Source of the DNA: Chloroflexota bacterium
Lineage (GTDB): Bacteria; Chloroflexota; Anaerolineae; Anaerolineales; UBA11579
Length of the DNA: 64,000 nucleotides
Direction: 5' to 3'
Assembly: GCA_018662365.1 (NCBI GenBank)
Contig: JABJGH010000035.1
Span: 23,040 to 87,039 of the forward strand
The translations under genes and the position numbers were made by a program. Below are positions 45,447 to 55,823 of the stretch, in pieces; position 1 is the first letter of the stretch, and the number at the start of each line of letters is the position of its first letter. Below the pieces are notes generated by a model. The model did not search any database and had not been told where the DNA came from. It saw only the letters and a program-made list of their open reading frames with translations.

Positions 45447-46934
45447 ATGAAAAAGATGAACCATTCCAGAAGCTGGAGATTAATAGGCTTTGCGCTTTTA
45501 ATCATCATTTCCGCCTTAGCCTGCACCACCACAACAGAGATCGTGGCTACACAAACCCCCGAACAATCTTCCTCACCGACACCTACAAGTGATCCCTCCA
45601 TTTATCCAGATGCAGGCATTGAACCTCCTGAACCCGCAGTTTTAGAGTATGGCCCCTGGGTCTTCTACCAAACCGATCCCCAACACCGCCCCGGCAATTT
45701 TGCTTACCAACTGGCCAATGGCTCCGAAGAAAAATTCCTCGATGACCCCGCCTATATGGGAGATTTTGAACTCTTTTTAAATGGTGCCTTTGATCGAGTT
45801 ATCCTGCCCTCCCCAACCGGGGATAAGGTCGCCTTCTATGTCACCAAAGACGATAAAGCCCAGGTATGGGTTTTAGATCTGGTCAATAATGCGATCACTG
45901 CCAAGATCGAACTGTTTTTCACAGAGACAGACGCCGATCCAACCACCATTCTCAGCAATTATTTATGGCGCCATAAAATGATGCAGTGGTCCCCCGACGG
46001 CAGCTATCTAGCCCTAGCCGCCAATTTACAAAGTTCCGAACACAGCTTGCTCCTCTATGATTTTACCGCCCATGAACTAAGCACCCTCGCCGAACATGTC
46101 CAGCATATTGGCCTTGTCGATTGGTCTCCAGACAGCCATTCAATAGTTTATGTAACCCTCCCCACCTTAGGCCCCTCCGTGCCTTATGCATCCGTTTGGG
46201 CCGCCACCATTGATGGGGATTATCAACCCATAGCAGGCATGTCCCCCTCATACATGGTGGAAAGTCTGGGCTGGATGGATTTCGACCAGGTGGTCGTCGA
46301 AGACCTGCAATGGGAATTTCCCCCCACCAATTTACGAGCCCTGGATTTGAATTCTGGCGAGATTTCTTCTGTCTTTGATGATTTTACGACCAATGCATAT
46401 TTACTCCCAGGTGGGCAATTGCTCTTCGCCAATATTTACGAAGGCAGTATTTATTACTCCCAAGCCCCTACAGAAATGGAGCAGGGCATCTACATTAAAC
46501 AACTTGACGACGGGGCTGTAGACCTGCTTATCCCCAGCAAAACATCCTATTTGGTAAATTGGTATCCCGAAATTGAAAAGTTTTTGGTATTCGACGGACC
46601 AGCGGCATATCTATATGATCTCAACGGGGAAATTGCCTGGGAAACACCCCAAACCCCCGACATTTCCCCCTCCCCAGATGGCAAGTACATCCTGGTCGGC
46701 AATGATCTCCTCTTAGAGATTTATACTCCCTCCGGAGAGTTGCTTTGGTCAACCCCCGCCAGCGCCACCGACCGGGTGCAATGGCTGTCCGATTCGAGCG
46801 GTTTTTACCATTTTGGCAATTCAGACCTGGGTGTCTTTGTCAGCTTATACACCGAAAACAGCAATTGGGAAGCCGAGATATTGGATAATGTGATCTGGAC
46901 TGGTTATGAGTATCAGTATTTTATAGTGGAATAA
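45447..46934 (+). CDS. Lipoprotein with TolB/PD40-like beta-propeller repeats
   Basis: Signal peptide plus lipobox ISALAC. Repeated WSPDG/SPSPDG motifs. Start set at the ATG at 45447, which has an AAGGAAGGG RBS. Confidence 0.7.
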   Translation: MKKMNHSRSWRLIGFALLIIISALACTTTTEIVATQTPEQSSSPTPTSDPSIYPDAGIEPPEPAVLEYGPWVFYQTDPQHRPGNFAYQLANGSEEKFLDDPAYMGDFELFLNGAFDRVILPSPTGDKVAFYVTKDDKAQVWVLDLVNNAITAKIELFFTETDADPTTILSNYLWRHKMMQWSPDGSYLALAANLQSSEHSLLLYDFTAHELSTLAEHVQHIGLVDWSPDSHSIVYVTLPTLGPSVPYASVWAATIDGDYQPIAGMSPSYMVESLGWMDFDQVVVEDLQWEFPPTNLRALDLNSGEISSVFDDFTTNAYLLPGGQLLFANIYEGSIYYSQAPTEMEQGIYIKQLDDGAVDLLIPSKTSYLVNWYPEIEKFLVFDGPAAYLYDLNGEIAWETPQTPDISPSPDGKYILVGNDLLLEIYTPSGELLWSTPASATDRVQWLSDSSGFYHFGNSDLGVFVSLYTENSNWEAEILDNVIWTGYEYQYFIVE

Positions 46935-46950
46935 AAAGAAGGAGAAAGCT

Positions 46951-47814
46951 ATGCCCCAAGTTGCCATTGTGACCGATAGTGTCGCTACAGTGCCCGACGA
47001 AATGATGGAGGAACTAAAGATCAATTGGGTACCCTATTATATTCATCGCGGCAATGAAGTGCTTCGTGACCTGATCACCGTCAAAAGGAAAGAGTTTTTT
47101 GAATGGCTGCCCACCGCCAAAGAGCTGCCCAAAACAGCAAACCCCAGCGCCGGCGAATATTTAGAAAAATATAAAAGCATCGCTGAAAAAGGTATCAAAA
47201 AAATCGCCAGCATTCATATTTCATCGGTAAATAGCGGGGCTTTCCAGGCTGCCAATATGGCAAAATCCATGCTCAAAGAAATTATGCCCGACATCAAAGT
47301 GGAGGTGATCGATAGCTGGAACGCCTCTATGTGCCAAGGCTGGATGGTGATCGAAGCCGCGCGCGCCGCATTGAAGGGCGCAACCCTAACCGAGGTAAAA
47401 GACTTGGTTGAAAAAATGGTGCCGCTCACAAAAATGCTGCAAACTGCGGACACGCTTCGGTATCTTTATTTGGGCGGACGCATTGGCAAAGCAAAACATA
47501 TCGCCGCCACGGCATTAAACATCAAACCGATCATTGGGATCGAAGAGGGCTTGATCGTCCCCCTTGGGCAGGCGAGAACTCGAAAGAAAGTCTATGCAAT
47601 GATGGTGGACAAATTGGATAAGGCGGTTGGTCAGGGCGCGATCAAAATCGCTTATGTGCATGCAGCCGCATTGGAAGAAACGGAAAAACTGCGTGTTTTG
47701 GTTGAACAAAAGGTTGAGGTGGTTGAAACGATCATTGCGGAACTTCCACCCGCCTTAGGGGTTCATACTGGCCCTGGGACGGTCGGCTTCTGCTACTACC
47801 CCGTTACTGACTAA
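46951..47814 (+). CDS. DegV family fatty-acid-binding protein
   Basis: VAIVTDS... N-terminus, LS...SG(A/T)(F/Y)Q.A and a GGRIGKA motif. 287 aa. Confidence 0.9.
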   Translation: MPQVAIVTDSVATVPDEMMEELKINWVPYYIHRGNEVLRDLITVKRKEFFEWLPTAKELPKTANPSAGEYLEKYKSIAEKGIKKIASIHISSVNSGAFQAANMAKSMLKEIMPDIKVEVIDSWNASMCQGWMVIEAARAALKGATLTEVKDLVEKMVPLTKMLQTADTLRYLYLGGRIGKAKHIAATALNIKPIIGIEEGLIVPLGQARTRKKVYAMMVDKLDKAVGQGAIKIAYVHAAALEETEKLRVLVEQKVEVVETIIAELPPALGVHTGPGTVGFCYYPVTD

Positions 47815-47904
47815 AATTCCCTCAAAAAAAAACGATCTTTCGCATTTAATCAGGGTGCTTTATCCCTTTGCACCCTTCCAAAAGACCCATACCTTTGTGA
47901 TACT

Positions 47905-48882
47905 ATGAAGAAGATGAGCGTCAACAAACAAATCACTCCCAAATTTCATATTGCGGACATACCCATTTATGGCGACAAAGTGCTTTCCCCCATGGATGGT
48001 TTTTCCGACCAACCATTTCGGGGTTTAGTACGGCAGATGGGCTCTGCAATTAGTTATACAGAATTCGTTAGCTGTATAGATGTCACATTAAACCGTAGAT
48101 TAACCGATTGGCGATTGACTTATGAAGAAGTTGAACGGCCTGTTGTATTCCAGATCTATGACGACGACCCCAGCAGAATGCTGGAAGCCGCCCTCATCTT
48201 AGAGGAACAAAACCCCGATATCATCGATGTTAATATGGGCTGTTCGGCAAAAGCAGTTTCGGCACGCGGGGCCGGGGCGGGCTTGCTAAAAACACCCAAG
48301 AAGATCGAGGAAATATTCAAAAAACTCACAAAAGAATTATCTATGCCCGTGACGGCAAAGATTCGCATTGGCTGGGATGAAGAAAGCCTCAATTATTTAG
48401 AAGTGGCAAAGATTATCGAAGATAATGGGGGGCAAATGATCGCCGTGCACGGCCGCACCAAGGAACAGGGCTATGGTGGAAAAGCCAACTGGGATACGAT
48501 CGCAGAAGTAAAACAAGCCGTTAGTATTCCGGTGATCGGCAATGGAGACATTTTTTCTGCCAAGGATATCGCTTCAATGAAGGCACACACAAAATGTGAT
48601 GCAGTGATGATCGGGCGTGCGGCCATTGGAAATCCGTGGATCTTTTCCGGATTAGATCGAGACCAGGTAGCACCCGCCCAGGTTAAAATAACCATGCTGG
48701 AGCATCTTGAGAGAATGATAAACTTTTATGGTGAGGACGAGGGGCTTACCCGTTTTAGAAAACATGCAAAACAATATATGAGCCCCGTTTCACTCACTCG
48801 GGAGCAACGAAAAGAAATATTTACGGCTAAAACAACTGAAGATTTTTCAGTATTATTAGATCAAATGCTTATCGCAAGTTAA
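47905..48882 (+). CDS. tRNA-dihydrouridine synthase
   Basis: LSPMDG.SD..FR, D(V/I)NMGC and HGRT motifs of the Dus family. Confidence 0.9.
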   Translation: MKKMSVNKQITPKFHIADIPIYGDKVLSPMDGFSDQPFRGLVRQMGSAISYTEFVSCIDVTLNRRLTDWRLTYEEVERPVVFQIYDDDPSRMLEAALILEEQNPDIIDVNMGCSAKAVSARGAGAGLLKTPKKIEEIFKKLTKELSMPVTAKIRIGWDEESLNYLEVAKIIEDNGGQMIAVHGRTKEQGYGGKANWDTIAEVKQAVSIPVIGNGDIFSAKDIASMKAHTKCDAVMIGRAAIGNPWIFSGLDRDQVAPAQVKITMLEHLERMINFYGEDEGLTRFRKHAKQYMSPVSLTREQRKEIFTAKTTEDFSVLLDQMLIAS

Positions 48883-48903
48883 TCCTTTGGAGAGGAGACT
48901 ATA

Positions 48904-49776
48904 ATGAAAAAGAATTTGAAAATCATTAGTTTTATTCTTATTTTGGTCCTGTCAGCCTTGGCCTGCAATCTGCCAGGTCAAGATGGCGCAGACCAAAAAG
49001 GGCTTGATGATGAAAGTCTAAAAACGAGCGTGGCTGCAACAATTTCAGCCGCAGACCCAGACAATCCTGTTGCCCCAGCCAATACAGAAGAACCGGGTGG
49101 AGATGCCACTGAAAATGTAGCCACTGCTACATTAGAGCCTACTGGCACACCCACTGAAACCCAAGAACCTACCCCCACAGTTTCCCCAACCCCACCTGCC
49201 GGTGACCCAAAATTGACATTGGGCGACCCTGATTTCCGAGATCAATTCAACTCTGGCTCAAATTGGACGGTGCATGATGAGGCCTCATCGACTACCGAGA
49301 TCAAAAATGGAAGATTTTACTTTACTAAACATAATCCCTCCCCCTATTCAGATGAATGGCTCTTTACATGGCCCGAAATCAAAGATTTCTATCTTGAAGT
49401 TACCGCAGTGACTCCCGACAGCTGTACGGGAAAAGACAGGTTTGGGTTAATCTTCCGTGCCCCCACCTATGATAAAGGTTATATCTTTTATTTGGCTTGT
49501 GACGGCACCTATAAACTTAATTTTTGGAACGGCGCAAATATGATTAGTCTAAAGGATTGGACTGCTTCCAGTAAGATTGAAGCTGGTGCGAGCAAAGCCA
49601 ATCGGTTAGGTGTAAAAGCCGAAGACAATGATATTTCATTGTACGTGAACGGGAAATTCTTGGTTACTATTGAAGACGATTCTCATATCGACGAAGGCTA
49701 TTTTGGTTTTGTAATCACCGGAGCCACTACTGCAGAATTTACGGTCACTTTCGATGAACTGATGTACTGGGAATAA
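48904..49776 (+). CDS. Secreted lipoprotein with PT/E-rich linker and C-terminal beta-sandwich (LamG/concanavalin-like, tentative)
   Basis: Signal peptide plus lipobox LSALAC. GGAGAGGAG RBS. The C-terminal domain fold is assigned only by general resemblance. Confidence 0.55.
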   Translation: MKKNLKIISFILILVLSALACNLPGQDGADQKGLDDESLKTSVAATISAADPDNPVAPANTEEPGGDATENVATATLEPTGTPTETQEPTPTVSPTPPAGDPKLTLGDPDFRDQFNSGSNWTVHDEASSTTEIKNGRFYFTKHNPSPYSDEWLFTWPEIKDFYLEVTAVTPDSCTGKDRFGLIFRAPTYDKGYIFYLACDGTYKLNFWNGANMISLKDWTASSKIEAGASKANRLGVKAEDNDISLYVNGKFLVTIEDDSHIDEGYFGFVITGATTAEFTVTFDELMYWE

Positions 49777-49805
49777 AAACATTTTATAGCCCCAAATTAA
49801 TAAAC

Positions 49806-49843
49806 AAAAGACCGCTCAATAATCTAAACTGAGCGGTCTTTTT
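49806..49843. terminator. Bidirectional rho-independent terminator
   Basis: GACCGCTCA-11 nt-TGAGCGGTC flanked by an A-run and a T-run, between convergent genes. Confidence 0.7.
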
Positions 49844-49861
49844 AGTTTTAAGAATAATTGC

Positions 49862-50305
49862 TTAGAATAATCCTGCGGTATAGAATGCAGCAAGGGCAAA
49901 AATGACATGGCCGATCAATCCGCCCATAAAAGCCATCACGCCACCATTCTTGGTCATGTAAAACCCGCCGTCCATGCCCGGCATGATGCCCATCATGAAT
50001 CCGACTACTAACCAATGCACTACACCTAAGATCGCCGCATTAAGATAGGAGTCAAAGAACCCTGAGTAAGAGTAGATAAAAACAAAAACGATGCCCATTA
50101 CAAGGTGCATCATCCATCCAACTGCTTTGTTTCCTTTTCCAAACTTGTTCGTAAGCATCCCGACAATGTCCATTTCGGGCATGCTCATTTTTGGAGCCAG
50201 TACCATTACCATGGTCATGACCAATGTTCCGACAATTCCTGCAATAACTAAATTCACTTTAGCGTCCTCCCGCTGTGATAAAGAAAAAGTTTGTTCGTTT
50301 GCCAA
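49862..50305 (-). CDS. Small integral membrane protein (4 TM), unknown function
   Basis: Hydrophobic Gly/Met-rich helices in 147 aa. No family recognised. Confidence 0.55.
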   Translation of the reverse strand: MANEQTFSLSQREDAKVNLVIAGIVGTLVMTMVMVLAPKMSMPEMDIVGMLTNKFGKGNKAVGWMMHLVMGIVFVFIYSYSGFFDSYLNAAILGVVHWLVVGFMMGIMPGMDGGFYMTKNGGVMAFMGGLIGHVIFALAAFYTAGLF

Positions 50306-50574
50306 TAGTTCCTTGATACGAAAACCTGAGTTATCTTACCTAAACCTTAAAAAAACCTACGGGGTAAGGTTAATTTTCTATGCCACATCCAATTAGTAAG
50401 AGCGATAGCTTAGTACAAATTTTTTCATGATCTTCCTTTCTCCTTGATTGATGTCTTTGATAAGACAGTACAGTTTTTAAAAAAAGAACAACCCCCAAAA
50501 CGGGTTGTTCTTTTTGGGTATAATCAAAGCGTCAGTATTATTCGCCAACCACCTACCAATAATAAAGAAAACCT

Positions 50575-52182
50575 ATGGAAATCCTATCCTCAAAAATTAA
50601 TTCATCTGATCCGAATTTCAAAGAGAACCAATCTCATCACCTTGCATTGGCTAAAGAACTGCGGGCCAGATTGAAAGTTGTTGAGGGAGGAGGTCCAAGC
50701 CGAGTAGAACGACATGAAAAGCGGGGGAAACTTTTTGTTCGAGATCGAATTAAGAAACTATTAGACTCTGGTTCCCCCTTCTTAGAATTATCGGCTTTAG
50801 CTGCCACCGATCTTTATGATGGAAATGCCCATGGGGCAGGGATAGTCACCGGCATCGGGCGGGTAATGGGAAAAGAAGTGATGATCATCGCCAATGACGC
50901 AACAGTTAAAGGGGGTTCCTATTACCCAATGACCGTTAAAAAGCATTTACGTGCCCAGAAAATTGCTGAAGAAAACCATCTTCCTTGCATCTATTTGGTT
51001 GATTCGGGGGGGGCTTTTTTGCCCATGCAAGACGAGGTTTTCCCAGATAGGACTCATTTTGGACGGATTTTTTATAATCAGGCGCAAATGAGTGCAAAAG
51101 GAATCCCACAGATCGCTTCTGTAATGGGTTCGTGCACCGCTGGTGGGGCATACGTACCAGCAATGAGCGATGAGGCGATCATTGTTAAGGGGACGGGCAC
51201 GATCTTCTTGGGTGGTCCTCCCTTAGTGAAAGCAGCTACTGGAGAGGATATACCCGCTGAAGAATTGGGGGGCGCGGATGTGCATACTCGCTTTTCGGGG
51301 GTGGCAGATCATATGGCAGAGGATGATGAGCATGCCTTGGAACTTTGCCGCGATATTGTTGAAACCCTAAATTTTCAAAAAACCCTTTCTACTGAAGTTG
51401 AAATCCCCGAAGAACCCTTGTATGAAGCAGAAGAAATTTACGGGGTGTTGCCCAAATCCTTCCGGGAGAGCTATGATGTGCGAGAGATCATCACCCGCAT
51501 TGTGGATGGCAGCAAGTTCCGAGAATTTAAAGCACGCTATGGCATAACTTTGGTATGTGGATTTGCAAATATTGAGGGCTATCCAGTGGGGATCATTGCC
51601 AATAATGGCATCCTTTTTAGCGAAAGTGCGTTGAAGGGCACCCATTTTATTGAGTTATGTGAGCAACGCGGCATTCCGTTGCTTTTCCTTCAAAACATCA
51701 CCGGGTTTATGGTTGGGCGGGAATATGAGGCGGGGGGAATCGCAAAAGACGGGGCAAAGCTGGTGCATGCGGTGGCTACTGCGACTGTGCCTAAGTTGAC
51801 GGTGATGATTGGCGGTTCTTTTGGGGCAGGAAATTACGGCATGGCCGGCAGAGGGTACAGTCCGCGGTTTTTATGGATGTGGCCGAATGCGCGAATTAGT
51901 GTAATGGGGGGAGAACAAGCAGCAAAAGTGATGCTTACGATTAAACAAGATCAATTAGCCAAAGAGGGAAAACCTGCTCTTTCCGATAAAGAAGCTGAAG
52001 CACTGATGAAACCGATTCTAGAAAAATATGAGAAGGAAGGCAGTCCTTATTATTCTACTGCCCGCCTTTGGGATGACGGAGTGATCGATCCTGCGGAGAC
52101 CCGCCAAGTATTGGGGTTGGCTTTATCGGTTGTCCTTAAAGCGCCTCGGGAAGGAAAGGGCTTTGGTATTTTTAGGATGTAA
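50575..52182 (+). CDS. Methylcrotonyl-CoA carboxylase beta subunit-type carboxyltransferase
   Basis: A 535-aa Carboxyl_trans protein. GGGP....H..RGKL..R.R. at the N-terminus and [13 protein letters not shown] and [15 protein letters not shown] motifs are typical of MccB/AccD1-type enzymes. Confidence 0.9.
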   Translation: MEILSSKINSSDPNFKENQSHHLALAKELRARLKVVEGGGPSRVERHEKRGKLFVRDRIKKLLDSGSPFLELSALAATDLYDGNAHGAGIVTGIGRVMGKEVMIIANDATVKGGSYYPMTVKKHLRAQKIAEENHLPCIYLVDSGGAFLPMQDEVFPDRTHFGRIFYNQAQMSAKGIPQIASVMGSCTAGGAYVPAMSDEAIIVKGTGTIFLGGPPLVKAATGEDIPAEELGGADVHTRFSGVADHMAEDDEHALELCRDIVETLNFQKTLSTEVEIPEEPLYEAEEIYGVLPKSFRESYDVREIITRIVDGSKFREFKARYGITLVCGFANIEGYPVGIIANNGILFSESALKGTHFIELCEQRGIPLLFLQNITGFMVGREYEAGGIAKDGAKLVHAVATATVPKLTVMIGGSFGAGNYGMAGRGYSPRFLWMWPNARISVMGGEQAAKVMLTIKQDQLAKEGKPALSDKEAEALMKPILEKYEKEGSPYYSTARLWDDGVIDPAETRQVLGLALSVVLKAPREGKGFGIFRM

Positions 52183-52204
52183 TTGCACTAAAGACATAAA
52201 ATAA

Positions 52205-52815
52205 ATGAATGTTTGGGAAGAAAAGGTTCGCAGTAAATTAGCAAAAGACTTGGATGTCGAGACAAGTTTTGATCAAATCAGACAGGAATGGCACTTTACT
52301 GGCAATTATAAAGAACATGGGTCGCCAAATGCGACCTGTGAACTGTGCGGAAATAAGGGGTTAAGACATCATTATCTGATCGCCCACAAACAGACTGGCG
52401 AAGCGCTTTGGGTGGGCTCGCAGTGTATATTGAATTTCGATGAAAGCATTTATGGGGAAGTTAAAAAGTTCGTCGCGCAAAACAAAAAGAAAAACAAATA
52501 CAAACAGATGGGGAACTTTTAGAAAAGATCATGCCGCCAATAGTGGCCTTATATGATCTACTGCCAAGTGAGAGACAGCGAAATTTGCACTGGGTGGTGG
52601 GCAAATTTAGACGACGGGGGGGCTTTTCTCCAGCTGACTTAGCTAAAGTGTTTGCTGCCTAAAAACGTGAGAACATCGATTACCCCGACTCTAGTTACCC
52701 GGTAATCCTCCGATCAAAACAAGATAAGGTTGAGCTTTTGAGCATGGGGAAGAGGGAATTGGAAATCATTTGGGGTTGTCTGACGGAGAAGCAAAGAGAA
52801 AGACTAATCCCATAA
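52205..52815 (+). pseudogene. Probable disrupted gene: 105-aa Cys-motif ORF that continues in the -1 frame and then across an in-frame TAA
   Basis: ORF 52205-52522 ends in an A-rich tract. The -1 frame is open from 52465 (…QTDGELLEKIMPPIVALYDLL…KVFAA) to the TAA at 52660-52662, then continues open in the same frame to the TAA at 52813-52815. Confidence 0.45.
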
Positions 52816-52897
52816 TTTGTTTAGTAATAAATATATGTGATTAAACAAAAGACCACCGAAAGTATATTCGATGGTCTTTTAATTAGTTTATGTTCTT

Positions 52898-53341
52898 TTA
52901 TGCACTCAGATCAAAGTCGTCCTCATCAAAATCATCTTCGTCTTCATTTTCGTCTTCAAAGTCTATATCATCGAAATCATCTTCGTCGTCAAAAATTTCA
53001 TTCTCATCCTGAAAAGTAAATTCGTATTCGACTTCATCTTCAGGCAAGCGGACCCAAAGTAAAAGCAATTGGCCATCATTGCCATCCGCAGAACGGGCTG
53101 CAACGATCGGCACTTCCATGGTTAAACCGGCAGAATCGCGAAATTCTAGATTGATCGGTTCACGGCTGTTCCATGCTCGATAGCAGCGTTCGACGAGCGC
53201 TTGTCCGTTAAAAGTTCTTAGTCGCGTAACTGCCACATTCGCCAAGGTGGGACCTTCAATAATCCCATTGGCCCAAACGTCGTTTACTAATTCAAATGTA
53301 GGGGTTGGACCCTCAATAATTGTGATTTTTTCGTCTTTCAT
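52898..53341 (-). CDS. Hypothetical protein with extremely acidic D/E/F C-terminal tail
   Basis: 147 aa. The last ~45 residues are almost entirely D/E/F/N. GAGGAAAC RBS-like sequence upstream. Confidence 0.6.
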   Translation of the reverse strand: MKDEKITIIEGPTPTFELVNDVWANGIIEGPTLANVAVTRLRTFNGQALVERCYRAWNSREPINLEFRDSAGLTMEVPIVAARSADGNDGQLLLLWVRLPEDEVEYEFTFQDENEIFDDEDDFDDIDFEDENEDEDDFDEDDFDLSA

Positions 53342-53490
53342 AGTTTCCTCAGGTGCTTAATTAATAAACACTTTCGAACATCTTACCACAAAGATTTTGT
53401 TCCCGCTGAGGCTTTAATATAAGTTTAATGTTTGCATTATTTTACGGATTCTCATCAGAGGGTATAATTTTATTCTCAAAGGAGAACCGT

Positions 53491-53856
53491 ATGTTTAAGC
53501 TAATTATCCTGGTTGAGCCGCAAGAAGATTGGCTGCAATTTGAGCAAGCTTGGCCTCAATTTTTGGCAATTGCCGAAAAAATGCCGGGGCTTCAACGTGA
53601 AGTAAACAGCCCAATTTATACTACTTTACACGGCAACAATGAAGTCGCTATGATCCATGAACTCTATTTTAATTCGCAAGAAGATTTGCGTTTGGCGATG
53701 ACATCTGACGAGGGAAAGGAATCAGGGAAAATTTTACAGATCATCACCCATGGCAAGGTGACACTATTATTTGCTGACCACCTTGAGGATGAATTCAAAA
53801 ACATTGAAGCATTGAAAAAACCGGAAATTGAAGGACCCCCCGGTGACAAAGCTTAA
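53491..53856 (+). CDS. EthD-like / dimeric alpha-beta barrel protein (tentative)
   Basis: MFKLIILV... start with an AAGGAG RBS. Size and pattern resemble the EthD/TIGR02118 family. Weak assignment. Confidence 0.45.
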   Translation: MFKLIILVEPQEDWLQFEQAWPQFLAIAEKMPGLQREVNSPIYTTLHGNNEVAMIHELYFNSQEDLRLAMTSDEGKESGKILQIITHGKVTLLFADHLEDEFKNIEALKKPEIEGPPGDKA

Positions 53857-54352
53857 ACCCCTTGGGGTAAAAGATCTGGAAGCCTATCTCAAACAGGAAG
53901 GGATTCCTGGGGAAATATTGATCCTCGACAGCCCCACCCCAACGGTGGAGACTGCAGCAAAAGCCCTAGGCATTGAACCTGATCAGATCGTCAAATCAAT
54001 TTTGTTTATGATTAACGAGGAGCCTGTATTGGCCCTGGGTTGTGGTTTGGACCTGATCGATAGACGGCTGGTGGGGAAATATTTCGAAGTGGGGAGGAAG
54101 AAGGTGAAAATGGCGGATGCGGACGGTGTATTAAAATATGGTGGATACCCGATTGGGACCGTCCCTCCGATTGGTCATCGGCAGCTAATTCCAACCCTGA
54201 TGGATGAAAAAATATTAAGGCATGAAGTCGTCTATGTCGGGGGCGGCGCCCATAATGCGATGCTCAGAATGAAGGCAAAGGATGTGCTACAGTTTTCAAA
54301 CGCCGTGGTACTGGATTTAAGCACTCCCAAAAATATGTCAAAAGGAAAATGA
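53828..54352 (+). CDS. YbaK/ProX-type aminoacyl-tRNA editing (deacylase) domain protein
   Basis: KS(I/L)(L/F) ... GGYPIGTVPPIGH pattern of the YbaK/EbsC family. The start is uncertain (TTG at 53828 or GTG at 53843). Confidence 0.75.
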   Translation: MKDPPVTKLKPLGVKDLEAYLKQEGIPGEILILDSPTPTVETAAKALGIEPDQIVKSILFMINEEPVLALGCGLDLIDRRLVGKYFEVGRKKVKMADADGVLKYGGYPIGTVPPIGHRQLIPTLMDEKILRHEVVYVGGGAHNAMLRMKAKDVLQFSNAVVLDLSTPKNMSKGK

Positions 54353-54353
54353 A

Positions 54354-55139
54354 TTGTCATTTAAACCCATTCCCATCAATCCAAAGAAGTCACCCAAAAT
54401 CTGGGTATACATCGTGGTCTCAACATTAATATTGGGCGTGGTGGGATATTTTGCCTATCAATATCTTTTTTCACCTGGATCTCGCAGATGGTTAGACTTT
54501 TCGGCATTTAAACAAAACCGAGACGATTATGCCGAAATTCTGTTACTGCCCGGGATGCGTTGTGGGGATGCACCCTTTGCTTTTCCTACTACCGGGGCAA
54601 TATTTGGTCTCTGGAGTCAATCCTACCGGCCCGGACATATCCATGCCGGGTTAGATATCTTTTCTGCTACTGAGCCAGGGGCAACACCTGTTTATGCGGC
54701 ATACCCTGGCTATTTGACTCGCAAGGCTGATTGGATCTCAACGGTCATTATTCGCCACCCCAATGACCCCCTGGAACCTGGTAGACAAATTTGGACGTAT
54801 TACACCCATATGGCGGATGACCAGGGTGAAGAAAGTTTTGTGTCAGAAGATTTTCCCACTGGCACCGCTGAGGTCTTTGTGGAAGCGGGGCAATTTTTAG
54901 GGTATCAAGGCAATTATTCCGGAAACCCGGCAAACCCGACTGGGCTTCATTTGCATTTTTCCGTAGTAAAAGACGACGGGAATGGCTCCTTTCTAAATGA
55001 ATTGGAAATCAAGAATACTTATGACCCTTCCCCCTATTTAAATTTAGCAGTTAATCATGAGAATAACCCTGAAACATTTCCAATTTGCGAGGATGAAATA
55101 ACCTTTGAAAATTGGGATCTGGTAAAAGAATATGAATGA
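54354..55139 (+). CDS. M23 family metallopeptidase with N-terminal TM anchor
   Basis: H.G.D (HAGLDI) and GLHLHF motifs of LytM/M23. Confidence 0.85.
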   Translation: MSFKPIPINPKKSPKIWVYIVVSTLILGVVGYFAYQYLFSPGSRRWLDFSAFKQNRDDYAEILLLPGMRCGDAPFAFPTTGAIFGLWSQSYRPGHIHAGLDIFSATEPGATPVYAAYPGYLTRKADWISTVIIRHPNDPLEPGRQIWTYYTHMADDQGEESFVSEDFPTGTAEVFVEAGQFLGYQGNYSGNPANPTGLHLHFSVVKDDGNGSFLNELEIKNTYDPSPYLNLAVNHENNPETFPICEDEITFENWDLVKEYE

Positions 55140-55782
55140 TCTTAAAGGAAAAGTGGTCTTAATCACGGGTGCCGGGCAGGGTTTTGGGGCAGCAATGCTG
55201 CCTGCTTTAGCAAAACAGGGTGCGATCATCGCGGCAAATGATATCACCACGATCAATCTGGATTCTCCAATTGAGCAAATCATCACAGCGGGGGGGCGGG
55301 CAAAGGCATACGATGCAGATGTATGTAAAAAACTAGCGTTACAAACGATGCTTGGTGATGTATTAGAGGATTTTGGAAGAATCGATGTATTGATCAACCA
55401 TGCCAGTGTGCAACCGAGAATGCCAATTCTTGAAATGGACGAATGGGATTGGCATCGCACCTTAGATGTAAATCTCACCGCTACATTTTTGGCAACACAA
55501 AGTGTCGGACGAATGATGCGGGAACAGGGTGGGGGAAAGATTTTAAATATTGGTTTGGTGGAAAGTGGGGAGGGCTTGGATAAAAGAAGTGCCTATTTAT
55601 CCTCTAAAATGGGAATAGAATCTTTCACTTTAGCTGCCGCTTCAGAGTTAGCAGAACACAAAGTTTATGTAAATGCATTATTGCCCAATAAGTCAAATAT
55701 GGAAGAAAGTGTGCAAGCTGCACTTCGTTTAATACTAGGTGATCAAACCGCCCAAGTGATTAAAATAGAAGAAGAAAAATAA
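55132..55782 (+). CDS. Short-chain dehydrogenase/reductase family protein (short form)
   Basis: TGAGQGFG cofactor motif, NHAS, and a Y...K catalytic pair (YLSSK). Confidence 0.8.
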   Translation: MNDLKGKVVLITGAGQGFGAAMLPALAKQGAIIAANDITTINLDSPIEQIITAGGRAKAYDADVCKKLALQTMLGDVLEDFGRIDVLINHASVQPRMPILEMDEWDWHRTLDVNLTATFLATQSVGRMMREQGGGKILNIGLVESGEGLDKRSAYLSSKMGIESFTLAAASELAEHKVYVNALLPNKSNMEESVQAALRLILGDQTAQVIKIEEEK

Positions 55783-55823
55783 TTCTGCCGTATAATTAAT
55801 CAGGTCTGAATTAGGAGTAAAAA

